Origin: Candidatus Poseidoniaceae archaeon
GTDB taxonomy: Archaea > Thermoplasmatota > Poseidoniia > Poseidoniales > Poseidoniaceae
Reading direction: 5' to 3'
Length of the DNA stretch: 64,000 nt
Assembly (NCBI GenBank): GCA_949373235.1
Contig: CASICQ010000003.1
Location: 49,136-113,135 of the forward strand
Under the pieces are notes generated by a model that searched no databases, was not told where the DNA came from, and saw nothing but the letters and a program-made list of their open reading frames with translations. The first letter of the stretch is position 1. Each line of letters starts with the position of its first letter. The position numbers and the translations under genes were made by a program. Below are positions 38,163 to 49,371 of this stretch, one piece after another.

Positions 38163-38556
38163 TTGATAAGCACCTGTATGGATCTTACCAGTCTACGTCG
38201 AAATCATCGCCAATTGAGCTCGATGCTTCATCGACAACCTCAACGCCCGCTGATGATTCCTTGGGGGTTTTGGGGGTGCTTTGGTTCGATTGTACCGGTG
38301 TGTTTACGACAAATTCAGCTCGATCTTCGACAGCCTCAAATTTTTGATTGTACAGAATCGGTTGTTGTGCTGGAACTGCTTCTTGTGACGGCAGTGGTGT
38401 TTCATTCTCTGGATTTTTTATGTTGGCTTCCCCAACCTTCAGTTCAGAAAACCCTGTTTTCAAAGCGTCTTCAAGGGAAGGAACCTTGCTGTGATGCTTG
38501 CTCATATTGCATGGAAAGCAGACCATGCACATCAATGCTCGGGCTAAAAGGGCGGC

Positions 38557-39303
38557 TTATTCCTCGTTTTCTGGCGGTGGTTCTGGTGTTCCAAACGAAA
38601 CTTCTGGCAGGAAGGAAAGAATGGTGCCCAATATTCCCGCAACGAGCACATATTCCCATGCCGCACCGGTGTTGATTGCGGGTTCAAGCGCTTCAGTGCA
38701 AAAAGCAAGCATATCGGAAGCTGAAGCATTGTACGCGTCCCAATCGAAATCGTCGCCCCAAACTGAAATTTGGGTGGTGATCATTTTGAACAACCCGACT
38801 GCTGCGCTCACAGCAGCCCCGAGCCGCATCCAAAGGATCCGCTTAAACGATGGGAAGTTCCACCAAATTCGTGCTGATACCAAGGTGACGAGGAGGCACC
38901 AATAGACGCCGTTGTAGAAGATATCCATAGCGTAGTGCCCGTGCATCGGACCGTCAGTGTCCCATGGTACGGTCCCAATTCGAATGCATGAAAAAGCGCC
39001 AATTAATCCCGGGAAAACAGCCAGATGGTTCAGCCCATGCCACACGTTTCCATGGTTGCCAGCGCTGATGTGGTTCATGTTCATAACGTGGAGTTCCATG
39101 ACGATCCAAAACACCAAAAATCCACTCACAAACGTACCCACAGTGAAAATGGTATCTCCTGGTTCGTACAAATCGAAGTCTGAGATGTAAGGGAGCCAAG
39201 CCCGGCATCCGTTCATCAACCAAGTGCCGTAACCAAGGCAAAGCCACAAGCTTGTCGCACCAACCATCGAAAGGATAGCCAATCGGCGACGCCCGACATG
39301 CTC
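38557..39303 (-). CDS. Polytopic membrane protein, hypothetical
   Basis: The ORF-track N-terminus (to 39453) would overlap the divergent gene starting at 39395. The internal Met (MEHVGRRRLAI...) at 39303 is preferred. Confidence 0.4.
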   Translation of the reverse strand, partial: EHVGRRRLAILSMVGATSLWLCLGYGTWLMNGCRAWLPYISDFDLYEPGDTIFTVGTFVSGFLVFWIVMELHVMNMNHISAGNHGNVWHGLNHLAVFPGLIGAFSCIRIGTVPWDTDGPMHGHYAMDIFYNGVYWCLLVTLVSARIWWNFPSFKRILWMRLGAAVSAAVGLFKMITTQISVWGDDFDWDAYNASASDMLAFCTEALEPAINTGAAWEYVLVAGILGTILSFLPEVSFGTPEPPPENEE

Positions 39304-39394
39304 CATGATTGACGGTCGAGATTCGGCTTTTTGAGGGCATCGATGGACCACAACCCGCACAGGCCTTCTTGAAGGAGAACCTCGTGGTTGCGTC

Positions 39395-40591
39395 ATGCGC
39401 ATCGGCTTGGTGGTAAATCCCGACGCCGGCCTTGGCGGTCGGCTCGGTTTCAAAGGCAGCGATGGCCGTGCAGCTGAGGCGAGGGCTGCAGGTGCAGAAG
39501 ACCGAGCAGGCCCCCGAATGGCACAGAGTCTTCAATCACTTTCCACCCTCTTGTCGGGCTCCCTCAACAGGACAGAAACCAAAGTGGTCTTGGTCGGATG
39601 GGAAGGAAGAATGGGTGGTTCATGGGCACCTCAATCATCCGGACGCTTAGAATTCGAGGCGATTGGTACAACTCCAGAAACGACATCTGATGCAGATACA
39701 CTTGCACTGGTTACCAGTTTGGTCGAAGAAGGAGTCGAAGCGATCGTTTACGCTGGAGGCGACGGAACCACGCGCGACATCGTAAAAGCGCTGGAAACCA
39801 TGGGTGAGGCCGCTCAAGAGATTCCGCTTGTAGGGGTGCCTGGGGGCGTTAAAATGCATTCTGGCTGCTTTGCAACAACCCCAAAAGCGGCTGCAGAAGT
39901 TGTGCTTGCCTTCATCTTAGGCGATCTGCGCTGCGCCATCACGGAAGTTATGGATCTCGACGAAGACGTCTATCAAGAAGGCGTCTGGAAGGTAAGGATG
40001 TACGGTGAAGCATGGACACCGTCAAGCCCGAGGTTCATGCAAGGTGCCAAGGAACAAGTCGAACGCTCAAGTGAAGTTGACACCATTGAAGGGTTGGCCC
40101 ATCACGTCCAAACCCTGCTTGAAGACCAACCGGATTTGATGATCATTTGGGGCAGTGGGGGTACACTGCGACGGATGGGCGAGCATGTGGACCTAGAATT
40201 AACGCTTCTTGGAATCGATATTCAAGGACCATCAGAAGATGGAGATCGCCCTTTTTATGCCGATTTAAACGAACAGCAGTTGTTGGAAATTTTGTCAGAG
40301 CATGTGGATGAACACGGCAAAGAACGGCCGAGGTTATTGCTGCTTTCACCCATGGGTGGGCAAGGATTTTTGATTGGAAGAGGAAACTTGCAACTCTCCC
40401 CAGCCGTGCTGCGAACCATTGGTTTTGACAGCATCTTAGGCGTTGCCACACCTGCCAAACTCATCGGATTAAATGCAGTACGAATCGACACCGGTGAGGG
40501 CCTATTGGACGAACTTTTCCACGCCAAGCGGTTCATCAAAATCCTACAAGGTTTCAGAACAACGCGATTGCTGAGAATTGCTGAGGCCTAA
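39395..40591 (+). CDS. ATP-NAD kinase/diacylglycerol-kinase-like protein (GGDGT family)
   Basis: MRIGLVVNP is a NAD-kinase-like N-terminus. The GGDGT motif (IVYAGGDGTTRD) is present. It is longer (398 aa) than canonical NadK. Confidence 0.5.
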   Translation: MRIGLVVNPDAGLGGRLGFKGSDGRAAEARAAGAEDRAGPRMAQSLQSLSTLLSGSLNRTETKVVLVGWEGRMGGSWAPQSSGRLEFEAIGTTPETTSDADTLALVTSLVEEGVEAIVYAGGDGTTRDIVKALETMGEAAQEIPLVGVPGGVKMHSGCFATTPKAAAEVVLAFILGDLRCAITEVMDLDEDVYQEGVWKVRMYGEAWTPSSPRFMQGAKEQVERSSEVDTIEGLAHHVQTLLEDQPDLMIIWGSGGTLRRMGEHVDLELTLLGIDIQGPSEDGDRPFYADLNEQQLLEILSEHVDEHGKERPRLLLLSPMGGQGFLIGRGNLQLSPAVLRTIGFDSILGVATPAKLIGLNAVRIDTGEGLLDELFHAKRFIKILQGFRTTRLLRIAEA

Positions 40592-40624
40592 CACCTTGAA
40601 ATAGGCTGAAGCCAAGATAGGGCT

Positions 40625-41338
40625 GTGACCGAAAAACGAATCGTTGTGCTGACGGGAGCGGGCATTTCTGCAGAATCAGGTGTCCGTACATTCCGTGACA
40701 ACAACGGACTGTGGGAGGAGCACGCCGTTGAGGACGTTGCAACGCCACGGGCATGGCTTAGGGATGCTGGAGTCGTCTGGCGCTTTTACCAAGCCCGCAG
40801 ACGACAACTGTTGGAAGTTGAGCCAAACGGCGCCCATGTGGCGCTTGCCAACCTCCAATCAAAGTTCGAACACGTAACCCTTGTGACCCAAAACGTCGAT
40901 GACTTACATGAACGAGGTGGAAGCACCGAAGTGATCCATATGCATGGTGAATTGAGAACCTTACGTTGTGAGGCCAGTGGGCGAAATGAGGTTCGCATGC
41001 AAACACAAGATTTGGCAGATGATTTTCTGTTCTGCACCTGCTGTGAACTGCCTTCTCGGCTCCGACCCGACATTGTCTGGTTTGGCGAAGTGCCCATGCA
41101 AATGAGCGAGATTTACAACGCTGTGGAATCCTGTGACCTGTTCATCGTTGTTGGCAGTTCAGGCCATGTCTATCCCGCAGCAAACCTCGTTCATGCCGCA
41201 AATCAAAACGGCGCCCACACCGTACTCGTCAATCTAGAACATCCAATCAACGCTGATGCGTTCAAAGAAATCCACATTGGCAAAGCAGGTGAATTGTTGC
41301 CAAGGTTGGTTGAAGAATGGACTTCCAACCGCAGCTAA
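40625..41338 (+). CDS. cobB: NAD-dependent protein deacylase, Sir2 family
   Basis: GAGISAESGVRTFRD, TQNVDDLHERGG and Zn-ribbon cysteines (CEASG...CTCC) are present. The start is GTG. Confidence 0.88.
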   Translation: MTEKRIVVLTGAGISAESGVRTFRDNNGLWEEHAVEDVATPRAWLRDAGVVWRFYQARRRQLLEVEPNGAHVALANLQSKFEHVTLVTQNVDDLHERGGSTEVIHMHGELRTLRCEASGRNEVRMQTQDLADDFLFCTCCELPSRLRPDIVWFGEVPMQMSEIYNAVESCDLFIVVGSSGHVYPAANLVHAANQNGAHTVLVNLEHPINADAFKEIHIGKAGELLPRLVEEWTSNRS

Positions 41339-41344
41339 CCTTGC

Positions 41345-42976
41345 TCAGGTGTTGAGAACGGACGCCTCGAGCAAACCAAGGAACGGTGGGCTTGGACGCC
41401 CTGGCCGACTCTTGAATTCAGGATGATACTGAACGCCGACATAGTACGGGTGGCCTTCCAGTTCAAAGATTTCGCAACGTTGCCCTGTCTCGTCTTTCCC
41501 AACATAGATGAGCCCTGCTGCTTCGATGCGTTCGATCAAATCAGGGTTGACCTCGTAGCGGTGACGGTGACGTTCATCGACAGCATCACCTTCACCGTAC
41601 AACCGCTTGATGGCGCAATCCTCCACTTGCCAAAGGGTGGGCCTCGCGCCAAGGCGCATGGTGCCGCCGAGGTGTGTTTTGGAAATCTCCGGCATAAAAA
41701 TCACAGCCGCTGTTGGGGCATTCTCGTCGAACTCTGTGGAATTAGCGCCCTCAAGACCGAGCACATTTCGGCAGAACTCGATGGTTGCAACTTGAAGGCC
41801 AAGGCAAATCCCGAGGTACGGGGTGTTGCTGGTTCGAGCGTAATGAGCGGCCAGAATTTTTCCTTCGACGCCTCGGTCTCCAAAGCCACCGGGAACGAGA
41901 ACCCCTTGAGCTTGTTTGAGCAGTTCCCAGGCTGTGGATTTCTCGGCTTCATCAGCCCAATCGGTTTCAAGATGACTCGCTTCGATCCAATCGATGATGA
42001 GTTTTCGGTCAACGGCCATAGCAGCGTGTTGAAGACTTTTGATCACCGAAAGGTAAGCGTCGGACAGGTTGGTGTACTTCCCGACCATTGCGATGTGGAT
42101 TTCTTCAGTGAGCGTGTCAAGGTGGTGGGCCATGACCTTCCAGTCTTTGAGAAGGTTCGTTGAATGGCAGTCGACGCCTAGAATGTCGCACAAGCCTTGT
42201 TCTTGCAACATGAGCGGCACGTGGTAGATGTTTGGCACATCGTGTGTCGACATGACGGCCTGAGGTGAGACATGACAGAAAGCTGCCAACTTTTCTCTGG
42301 TCTCTTTGGTCAAAGGAGCGGTTGAGCGGCAAACAAGGATATCGGGCGTAATCCCTAGTCCGCGCAACTCTTTCACGGTGTGTTGTGTTGGTTTGGTTTT
42401 TTGTTCACCAACCGGTCCCATCACAGGAACAAGAGAGACATGAACAAAAGTTACGTTCTCCCTTCCGACGCGAAACTGGAATTGCCTCAGCGCTTCGATG
42501 TAGGGGGACGATTCGATGTCACCAACCGTGCCACCAAGTTCGATGATGCATGCATCTGGGATTTCACCGCTGCCATCTGCTGGTTGGTGGGCGACGTCCT
42601 CAATCCACTCTTGGACTGCATCGGTCACATGTGGGATCACTTGGACGGTTTTGCCAAGGTAATCGCCTCGCCGTTCAGCCTCGATCACCTTGGAGTAAAT
42701 TTTGCCCGTGGTGAGGTTGTTGTCCTTGCCCAAATTGATGTCGAGGAAACGCTCGTAGTTGCCGAGGTCCAAATCCACTTCGCCGCCGTCGTCCAAAACG
42801 AAAACTTCGCCGTGTTCAAACGGCGACATGGTTCCAGCATCGCTGTTAAGATACGGGTCGATTTTAATCGAGGTGACTCTCAGTCCAGCGCTTTTCAGCA
42901 AAACGCCGATGCTGCTTGCCGTAACTCCTTTGCCCAATCCGGACAGGACGCCCCCGCTAACAACAACGTACTTCAT
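41345..42976 (-). CDS. pyrG: CTP synthase
   Basis: [17 protein letters not shown] is the N-terminal synthetase domain. The C-terminal GATase triad context ([15 protein letters not shown]) is present. The start is set at MKYVVV rather than the upstream in-frame Met of the ORF track. Confidence 0.92.
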   Translation of the reverse strand: MKYVVVSGGVLSGLGKGVTASSIGVLLKSAGLRVTSIKIDPYLNSDAGTMSPFEHGEVFVLDDGGEVDLDLGNYERFLDINLGKDNNLTTGKIYSKVIEAERRGDYLGKTVQVIPHVTDAVQEWIEDVAHQPADGSGEIPDACIIELGGTVGDIESSPYIEALRQFQFRVGRENVTFVHVSLVPVMGPVGEQKTKPTQHTVKELRGLGITPDILVCRSTAPLTKETREKLAAFCHVSPQAVMSTHDVPNIYHVPLMLQEQGLCDILGVDCHSTNLLKDWKVMAHHLDTLTEEIHIAMVGKYTNLSDAYLSVIKSLQHAAMAVDRKLIIDWIEASHLETDWADEAEKSTAWELLKQAQGVLVPGGFGDRGVEGKILAAHYARTSNTPYLGICLGLQVATIEFCRNVLGLEGANSTEFDENAPTAAVIFMPEISKTHLGGTMRLGARPTLWQVEDCAIKRLYGEGDAVDERHRHRYEVNPDLIERIEAAGLIYVGKDETGQRCEIFELEGHPYYVGVQYHPEFKSRPGRPSPPFLGLLEASVLNT

Positions 42977-43106
42977 GCACATCAACGGGCTTTTAGGCCG
43001 TCGCGCCTCCCATATCAACATACCTCAAGGAACGCGTGTTTGGCATGTTGTCAAGGTGAGCGAAGGATGAAAAGGTGGCTGCGCTGAACTCTGGGGGAGG
43101 GAGAGC

Positions 43107-44159
43107 ATGGGCACCATTCCGAACACCATGATGGCTTGGACCAAAACCCTCGACGAGACCGGCGGTTTCACTCAAGAACAGCACCCTGTGCCATCGCCTG
43201 CCCAGGGAGAAGTGCTCGTTAAGACGCATTCAACCTCCGTCTGCGGCACAGACATCCACATTTGGAAATGGGACCAATGGAGCAAGGAAAACGTGCCGCT
43301 CGGCACCATCACAGGCCACGAAACTTGCGGTGAGGTTGTTGCTGTTGGCGAGGGTGTCAGCGAACCCTCGGTTGGAGATTTTGTCGCCATTGAATGCCAT
43401 TTCGCATGTTGGAACTGCCCTCGCTGCGATGAAGGCAATGCACACATCTGTGAGAATGGCTCGATCTTTGGCGTTCACATCAATGGGGCATTTGGGCCTT
43501 ACTTCGTAGCACCCGCCGTTAACGCTCGAAGAATTCCTAAGGGACTCGATCCCGGTCACGCTTCCATCCAAGACCCGCTTGGCAACGCAATCCATACGCT
43601 TACTGGTGGGCCTGTTGAGGGGGCAACGGTGGCGATCCACGGCCTTGGGCCAATTGGGTTGTTTGCCGTAAACGCAGCCAAGGCCATGGGGGCACGGATG
43701 ATCATCGCCATCGATTGGGACAATGAATACAGAATGGAACTGGCGAAGGAACTCGGTGCTGACCTGGTGCTCGGTAAGGACCACGATGTCATCGCTGAGA
43801 TTCTGAACGCAACGGAGGGCCGTGGCGTGGACAATTCGTGTGAATTTTCAGGATCTGCACAGGCCCTTGCCAACACGATTCACAGCACCCGTATGGGAGG
43901 TTATGTCAATGTGCTTTCCGTGTACGGGAACCCAACACCAGAAGTCCCGATGAACGACCTTGTGTTCCGCTACTTGCACCTTAAGGGCATCAACGGCAGG
44001 AAGATGTGGTCAACTTGGGACACCATGCATGCGCTGTTGGAACAGGGTGCTATTGACGTTGAACGGGTGCTCACCCATCGGATGAGCATCGATGAGTTCC
44101 CCGAAGCGGTCAAATTGGCCATCGGCGGGAAGTGCGGCAAAGTGGTCTTGGACTTTTGA
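43107..44159 (+). CDS. tdh: L-threonine 3-dehydrogenase (Zn-dependent MDR)
   Basis: VCGTDIHIWKWDQW matches Tdh ICGTDVHIYNWDEW. The structural-zinc Cys cluster CHFACWNCPRCDEGNAHIC and the GHETCG motif are present. The start may be Met at 43131. Confidence 0.8.
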   Translation: MGTIPNTMMAWTKTLDETGGFTQEQHPVPSPAQGEVLVKTHSTSVCGTDIHIWKWDQWSKENVPLGTITGHETCGEVVAVGEGVSEPSVGDFVAIECHFACWNCPRCDEGNAHICENGSIFGVHINGAFGPYFVAPAVNARRIPKGLDPGHASIQDPLGNAIHTLTGGPVEGATVAIHGLGPIGLFAVNAAKAMGARMIIAIDWDNEYRMELAKELGADLVLGKDHDVIAEILNATEGRGVDNSCEFSGSAQALANTIHSTRMGGYVNVLSVYGNPTPEVPMNDLVFRYLHLKGINGRKMWSTWDTMHALLEQGAIDVERVLTHRMSIDEFPEAVKLAIGGKCGKVVLDF

Positions 44160-44161
44160 AC

Positions 44162-45733
44162 TCAAGCACTGATCCATCGGTAACGGCGGGCGCCCTCTTG
44201 GACACCCTCTTCCCCGATTTCAACCAAGGCGAACTCACCTTGTGGTGTGACGACGCTTTCATCCTGCAATCCCTTGTGCAGGTTTTCATAGGTCACATGG
44301 TCAATCGCCATGCGTCCTGCAAGGCGTTCAAAGAGATGCCAGCGAGAAACTACTTCTCGCCATCGAGGACTCACTTTGCCTTCAAACACCTTGGCTTTGG
44401 CGCCTGAACCATAGCCACACAGTCCGAACAAGGTGTTGTCAAGGTTGCAATTCTCTTCCAAATCCGACTCAAAAGTCGACATGAGGGCGAGGAAAATAGA
44501 GCCCGTGTATTGATTGCCAATCAAGCTGCTCGCCCGCTGGCCCTTTTCAATTCGGCTTTCGTGGAACGCAAGGTATTCTGGAGTTTTGGAGATTGCGCGC
44601 CGATAACCGTCCATTGCTTTTTCCCAGATTTCAATGATTTGAGGGTCTTCCGAATTGTGTTCTGCTGGCATTGGTCCAAGTTGTTCTGCCATGTGTTCCC
44701 ACATCTCGGTTTTTTCTCTGTCGTGACGAAAAATATCAGGGAACATGCGCTTGGCTTGGAAGGCATAGGGGAGGTGCATGATGATCCTCGACCATTGTTC
44801 GGTCAGCCTCTCGTCCTCAGCATGCGTGTAACGGCCTTGCCGTTCTGCTTTCTCTGCAAAGTTGTGGAAGGCTTGACGGACTGCAGATTGGTAGCAGCGG
44901 TTGGAATACTGCCCATCGAAAATAGGCTCGTCTCGGTGGACGCTAACGCTGGTTTCACCGTGAGAGAAAATACCGAGTTTGCGGACGGTTGATTCCGGCA
45001 AATGTCGTATCATGCGTTCAACAAGACCTTTCTTCATCGTTTGACCCGTTTCTTGTGCCAGTTGGAGAACATTTGTGATCACTGAACGAAGGGTCACTTC
45101 ACGCCGAGGCTTGAAGAAATCGTGGACTGGGGTTGTTGAAACACCAATGCAATCAGGTATTTCCAGCAACCGAGGGTTGCGGCGAATGAGCAACGCTCCG
45201 CCACCTGCACCCTGGGTGTATTCTCCGGAAGATTCGAGAGCGTATTTTGCGTTGTCTGAAAAAATGACAATGCCAACTCGCTCGTCGTGTTCGGTCGAAC
45301 GAGCAACCCAGTCTAAGGTCGTGTGAAGCGCATCGACTGCCCCAATGCAAGCAAACGTCATGTCGACCACGTCGCAGTTCCTGAAGCAGGCCGAGCCATA
45401 TCGCTCTTCATAGCGCTGTGTGAGCATATCGACGATGTAGGTTGCAGTTGGTTTGGCACCGTCTAAAGCAGACTCGGTTCCGAGGTACATTCGTCCAACG
45501 GTGTTTGGGTCCAATCCGTTGCGATCAATGATTTGCATAACCGCCATTGCCCCCATAGTGGCTGTGTCTTCGTGAACATCGGGAATGGCCATGGCTTCAA
45601 GACCAAGTCCTTTGTTGAGTTTTCCAAAATCTGCACCCCGCAGTTCAGCGAAATCCCTCATGTCCATGTAGAGACGCGGGAAATGAATTGCAATGTCGTC
45701 GATACCAACGCAAATATCCTTGTCGGTTCCCAT
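44162..45733 (-). CDS. hmgB: Hydroxymethylglutaryl-CoA synthase (eukaryote/haloarchaeal-like long form)
   Basis: VGIDDIAIHFP, GTESALDGAKP, the catalytic-Cys context DMTFACIGAV and a C-terminal YGSGAKA segment parallel HMGCS motifs. Confidence 0.75.
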   Translation of the reverse strand: MGTDKDICVGIDDIAIHFPRLYMDMRDFAELRGADFGKLNKGLGLEAMAIPDVHEDTATMGAMAVMQIIDRNGLDPNTVGRMYLGTESALDGAKPTATYIVDMLTQRYEERYGSACFRNCDVVDMTFACIGAVDALHTTLDWVARSTEHDERVGIVIFSDNAKYALESSGEYTQGAGGGALLIRRNPRLLEIPDCIGVSTTPVHDFFKPRREVTLRSVITNVLQLAQETGQTMKKGLVERMIRHLPESTVRKLGIFSHGETSVSVHRDEPIFDGQYSNRCYQSAVRQAFHNFAEKAERQGRYTHAEDERLTEQWSRIIMHLPYAFQAKRMFPDIFRHDREKTEMWEHMAEQLGPMPAEHNSEDPQIIEIWEKAMDGYRRAISKTPEYLAFHESRIEKGQRASSLIGNQYTGSIFLALMSTFESDLEENCNLDNTLFGLCGYGSGAKAKVFEGKVSPRWREVVSRWHLFERLAGRMAIDHVTYENLHKGLQDESVVTPQGEFALVEIGEEGVQEGARRYRWISA

Positions 45734-45805
45734 CAGCAGGAGGTTTCGACCCCCCCTATTTGAACAACCATCCTGTCAAGAGGCGCTTCAATTGGTTTTG
45801 AAGGG

Positions 45806-47398
45806 TCATCCCATATCGGGGACATCGGCCATTACAGGGTCCTGCTTGGCCCAGAGCACATCGTCAATGCGCAGAACTGAAATTGCTGCTTCTGTTGCAC
45901 CTGCAATGCCTTGATCGAGGATCAGAAGCGGTTCAAGAACCCCCATTTCAATCATGTTGGTCGGTCGACGCCCAAGCACATCAAGGCCAATGCTGTCTGC
46001 TGTTTCAGCGCTTGCGTTGGCTTGTGCAGCCACAAGGGTGAGGAGGGTATCAATCGGGTCAAGGCCAGCGTTTTCAGCCAGCACTCGGGGAATCACTTCA
46101 AGAGCATCAGCGAAAGCTTCCACGCCCAGTTGTTCTCGACCGGGGATGGATTCAGCGTATCGGCGCAAACGTCGAGCGAGGGCGACTTGTGTAGCACCGC
46201 CTCCAGGGATGAGGTGAGCGTCTTCAACAAGTTGGCAAGCAACACCAAGAGCGTCTGCAAAACAACGTTCGACTTCACCCAAGACCGCTTCCGTACTGCC
46301 TCGAGCGATGAAAGTGGCGCCACCGGCTTCTGTTTCAACAATCCAGTGGACCGTATTGCCCCAAGTCTCATTTTTGCTGGAAATAAAGGCACCTAAATCG
46401 GCAACAGAGGCCCGACTCACATCGTGTACAAGCCTCGCTCCACACCCTCTTGCTAAGAGGTCCAGATCGGAACGAGCGACCCTTCGGAACGCTTTGATGC
46501 CCGCTTTGGTTAACATCATTCGAGCATCGTCGTCGATGCCCTCCTTGCAGGCTAAGAGATCAACACCGAGCGCTTTCAGTTGAGCCACCTGCTCCCCGAG
46601 CAATGCTGTTTCTTTTTCTCTAAAAGCATCCAAAACGCCGGTCGAGGTGACGTTTAGTTTTACGCTCCCCATCATAGCCCTGCGTTCAATACCGCCATCG
46701 ATCAACAGAATCTTTCCGCCTTTGATGTGCCGTGGCATGTCGTCGTGAATTCGGTTTTTAGCAAGCACAAGCCCGGTCACAAGTTTACTGTCCCCAATGG
46801 TGCCTCCTGATTGAGAGAGTACCTTGACGCGTGTTGGATCGGCTTGGATGCCTTGTTCATCTTCCACAAGAATGGCTTCTGCTGCGTCTAAAGCCAGTTG
46901 CGCAAGCAGCGTTTGCATGCTTTCATGCCCCTTACCGGTCAAGCAAGTTTTGGTCGCCAAAATCCGATGGGAGCGTTTGGAAGCAAATGAAAGCGAGCGA
47001 AGTTCCGTACGAGCGTGGTCTTCCGCCATTCGAAAACCCCGAGCAATGATGGCTGGATGGACGCCTTGTGTGACAAGGTGCCAAGCATTTTGTAGCATTT
47101 CCGCACTCAGTAAAACGGTTGATGTGGTGCCGTCCCTTGCAATTTTATCCTGCACTGAGGAGGCGTTGATGATCATCCGAGCAACAGGGTGTTCAACCTT
47201 GGCAGACTCCAAAACGGTCACACCGTCATTGGTCACCATGGTTCGCCCGTCATCATCGATGAGCAACTTGTCGAGGCCTCTTGGACCGAGGGTTGAGCGA
47301 ACAGCTCCAGCAAGCGCAAGCGCTGCTTGTATGTTCTTCTGGAGCGCACCGCGGCCAGTTGACCGGTCGGTGTCCTTCAGGATTGGAACATCGCTCAT
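45806..47398 (-). CDS. ths: Thermosome (group II chaperonin) subunit
   Basis: RSTLGPRGLDKLL, NDGVTVLE and the ATP-binding GDGTTS region are present. Length is 530 aa. Confidence 0.92.
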   Translation of the reverse strand: MSDVPILKDTDRSTGRGALQKNIQAALALAGAVRSTLGPRGLDKLLIDDDGRTMVTNDGVTVLESAKVEHPVARMIINASSVQDKIARDGTTSTVLLSAEMLQNAWHLVTQGVHPAIIARGFRMAEDHARTELRSLSFASKRSHRILATKTCLTGKGHESMQTLLAQLALDAAEAILVEDEQGIQADPTRVKVLSQSGGTIGDSKLVTGLVLAKNRIHDDMPRHIKGGKILLIDGGIERRAMMGSVKLNVTSTGVLDAFREKETALLGEQVAQLKALGVDLLACKEGIDDDARMMLTKAGIKAFRRVARSDLDLLARGCGARLVHDVSRASVADLGAFISSKNETWGNTVHWIVETEAGGATFIARGSTEAVLGEVERCFADALGVACQLVEDAHLIPGGGATQVALARRLRRYAESIPGREQLGVEAFADALEVIPRVLAENAGLDPIDTLLTLVAAQANASAETADSIGLDVLGRRPTNMIEMGVLEPLLILDQGIAGATEAAISVLRIDDVLWAKQDPVMADVPDMG

Positions 47399-47460
47399 GG
47401 TCGGCCCACCGGACTTCTCGCCATAAGGTCAACTCTTGTCATAAACCGGTGCGGTTTGAC

Positions 47461-49353
47461 TCAATCTTCGTCTTCGTCAACAACTTCGAAGTCGGCATCG
47501 ACCACGTCATCGCCGCCTACGTCGATGTCGCCATCTTCTCCAGAGCCGTCTTGCTCAGCCATCTCTGCTGCTGCAGCTTCGTACAATTTTGCAGACACAC
47601 CGTGCATGGCTTCTTCGACTTCCTTGACCTTGGCCTGAATCGCTGCGTCATCGATGGCATCGATTTCCAACGGCTTACCGTCTTCGTCTTGCACCATCTT
47701 TTCGAGTTCATCGAGGTGTGCTTTCACCGGATCGGTTTCAGCATCGTCAAGTTTGTCAGCGGATTCATCAAGGGTACGACGGGTTTGGTAAACAACCTGA
47801 TCTGCCATGTTTCGAAGTTCGACCTTAGCTTTGCGCATTTGATCTTCTTCGGCGAATTTTTCTGCTTCAGCGATCTTCGATTGAATGTCGTCTTCCGAGA
47901 GGGAGGTCTGGGCTTCGATTTTGACCGATTGTTCCTTGCCAGTCCCCATGTCTTTTGCACTGACATCGACAATTCCGTTTGCATCAATGTCGAAGGTGAC
48001 TTCGATTTGAGGCGTTCCGCGCGGGGCGGCAGGAATCCCCATGAGGGTAAATTCTCCCAAGGTGACGTTGTCTTTGGCAAAGTTCCGCTCGCCTTGAAGC
48101 ACGTGAATGGTCACAGCTGGCTGGTTGTCGCTCGCTGTCGAGTAGATCTCCGACCGTCGGGCAGGGATGGTTGTGTTGCGTTCAATCATGGTCGTCATGA
48201 CGCCACCGAGGGTTTCGATGCCGAGGGTGAGTGGTGTTACATCGAGCAAAAGAATGTCAGACACACCTTCGTCACCAGCAATGATTCCTGCTTGAAGTGC
48301 GGCGCCCATGGCAACCGCTTCATCAGGGTTGATGCCTTTGTATGGGGCTTTCCCTGCTTCTTTTTCAACGGCTTCTTGAACCGCAGGAACACGGGTAGAA
48401 CCACCGACAAGAATGACCTTATCGACATCACCCTTCTTGAGGTTGGCATCCTTCATGGCTTGCCGGGTTGGACCCATTGTGGCTTCCACGAGTTTGGAGA
48501 TGAGGTCTTCGAACTTGGCTCGGCTCAGCGTCATGTCCATGTGTTCAGGTTGACCGTCGCGCATGGTGATGAACGGGAGGTTGATTTGAGTTTGTTGAGT
48601 CCCAGAGAGTTCGATTTTGGCCTTCTCTGCTGCTTCCTTGAGCCTGGACATGGCTTGAGCGTCTTTGCTGAGATCGATACCAGTGTCGCGCTTGAATTCA
48701 GCAACCATCCAATCAATGACCAAATCGTCGAAATCGTCGCCACCGAGTTTGTTGTTTCCAGCTGTTGCTTTGACTTCAATTTGAGGCTGGCCGTCGACTT
48801 GATAGATTTCCAAGACGGATACGTCGAAGGTTCCACCACCGAGATCGTAGACGAGGATGGTTTGGTCTTCGCCTTTGTCCACGCCGTAAGCCAGAGCCGC
48901 AGCGGTTGGTTCGTTGATGATTCGCAGCACTTCTAAGCCTGCAATTCGTCCTGCATCCTTGGTTGCGGTTCGTTGAGCGTCGGTGAAGTAAGCAGGACAG
49001 GTGATGACCGCTTGCTTGACTTCGTGACCGAGGTATGCCTCTGCATCCGCCTTCAACTTTTGAAGGATGAACGCTGAAATTTCTTGTGGCGTGTAATCGG
49101 TTCCGTCAACGTTTGTGTTCCAATCGGTTCCCATGTGACGCTTCACAGAGATCATTGTACGATCGATGTTAGTGACGGCTTGCCGCTTTGCGGTGACGCC
49201 AATCATGCGTTCGCTTCCGTCTTTGGCAAAAGCCACGACTGAAGGGGTCGTTCGTGCGCCTTCTGCGTTTGCGATGACAACGGGCTCTCCGTTCTCAATC
49301 GTTGCAACACAGCTGTTTGTCGTTCCTAGGTCAATTCCAATCACTTTGCTCAT
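47461..49353 (-). CDS. dnaK: Molecular chaperone DnaK (Hsp70)
   Basis: [13 protein letters not shown] and [12 protein letters not shown] are present. Length is 630 aa. Confidence 0.95.
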   Translation of the reverse strand: MSKVIGIDLGTTNSCVATIENGEPVVIANAEGARTTPSVVAFAKDGSERMIGVTAKRQAVTNIDRTMISVKRHMGTDWNTNVDGTDYTPQEISAFILQKLKADAEAYLGHEVKQAVITCPAYFTDAQRTATKDAGRIAGLEVLRIINEPTAAALAYGVDKGEDQTILVYDLGGGTFDVSVLEIYQVDGQPQIEVKATAGNNKLGGDDFDDLVIDWMVAEFKRDTGIDLSKDAQAMSRLKEAAEKAKIELSGTQQTQINLPFITMRDGQPEHMDMTLSRAKFEDLISKLVEATMGPTRQAMKDANLKKGDVDKVILVGGSTRVPAVQEAVEKEAGKAPYKGINPDEAVAMGAALQAGIIAGDEGVSDILLLDVTPLTLGIETLGGVMTTMIERNTTIPARRSEIYSTASDNQPAVTIHVLQGERNFAKDNVTLGEFTLMGIPAAPRGTPQIEVTFDIDANGIVDVSAKDMGTGKEQSVKIEAQTSLSEDDIQSKIAEAEKFAEEDQMRKAKVELRNMADQVVYQTRRTLDESADKLDDAETDPVKAHLDELEKMVQDEDGKPLEIDAIDDAAIQAKVKEVEEAMHGVSAKLYEAAAAEMAEQDGSGEDGDIDVGGDDVVDADFEVVDEDED

Positions 49354-49371
49354 TTATGTTCACTTCCTTTT

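Noticed and set aside
38185-38535. 116-aa acidic ORF (minus strand) between two membrane-protein genes
   Set aside because: It has no recognisable motif and overlaps a plus-strand ORF of similar length. It could be a real small secreted or acidic protein, but the evidence is insufficient to call it.
39304-39453. Extended N-terminus of the minus-strand membrane protein (track start 39453)
   Set aside because: It would overlap the 5' end of the divergent NAD-kinase-like gene (start 39395) by 58 nt. The extension is Arg/Pro-rich and non-hydrophobic, so the internal Met at 39303 is preferred.
47281-48936. 551-aa plus-strand ORF antisense to dnaK, and other long antisense ORFs (36319..37071 in thrS; 17560..18459 in cdc48; 11305..11874 in the MDR gene; 43230..43784 in tdh; 41423..42163 and 42380..43087 in pyrG)
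   Set aside because: Each lies opposite a gene with strong, motif-supported identity. The sequences are low-complexity (F/V/L/R-rich) without recognisable domains, as expected for shadow ORFs in moderately GC-rich coding sequence.
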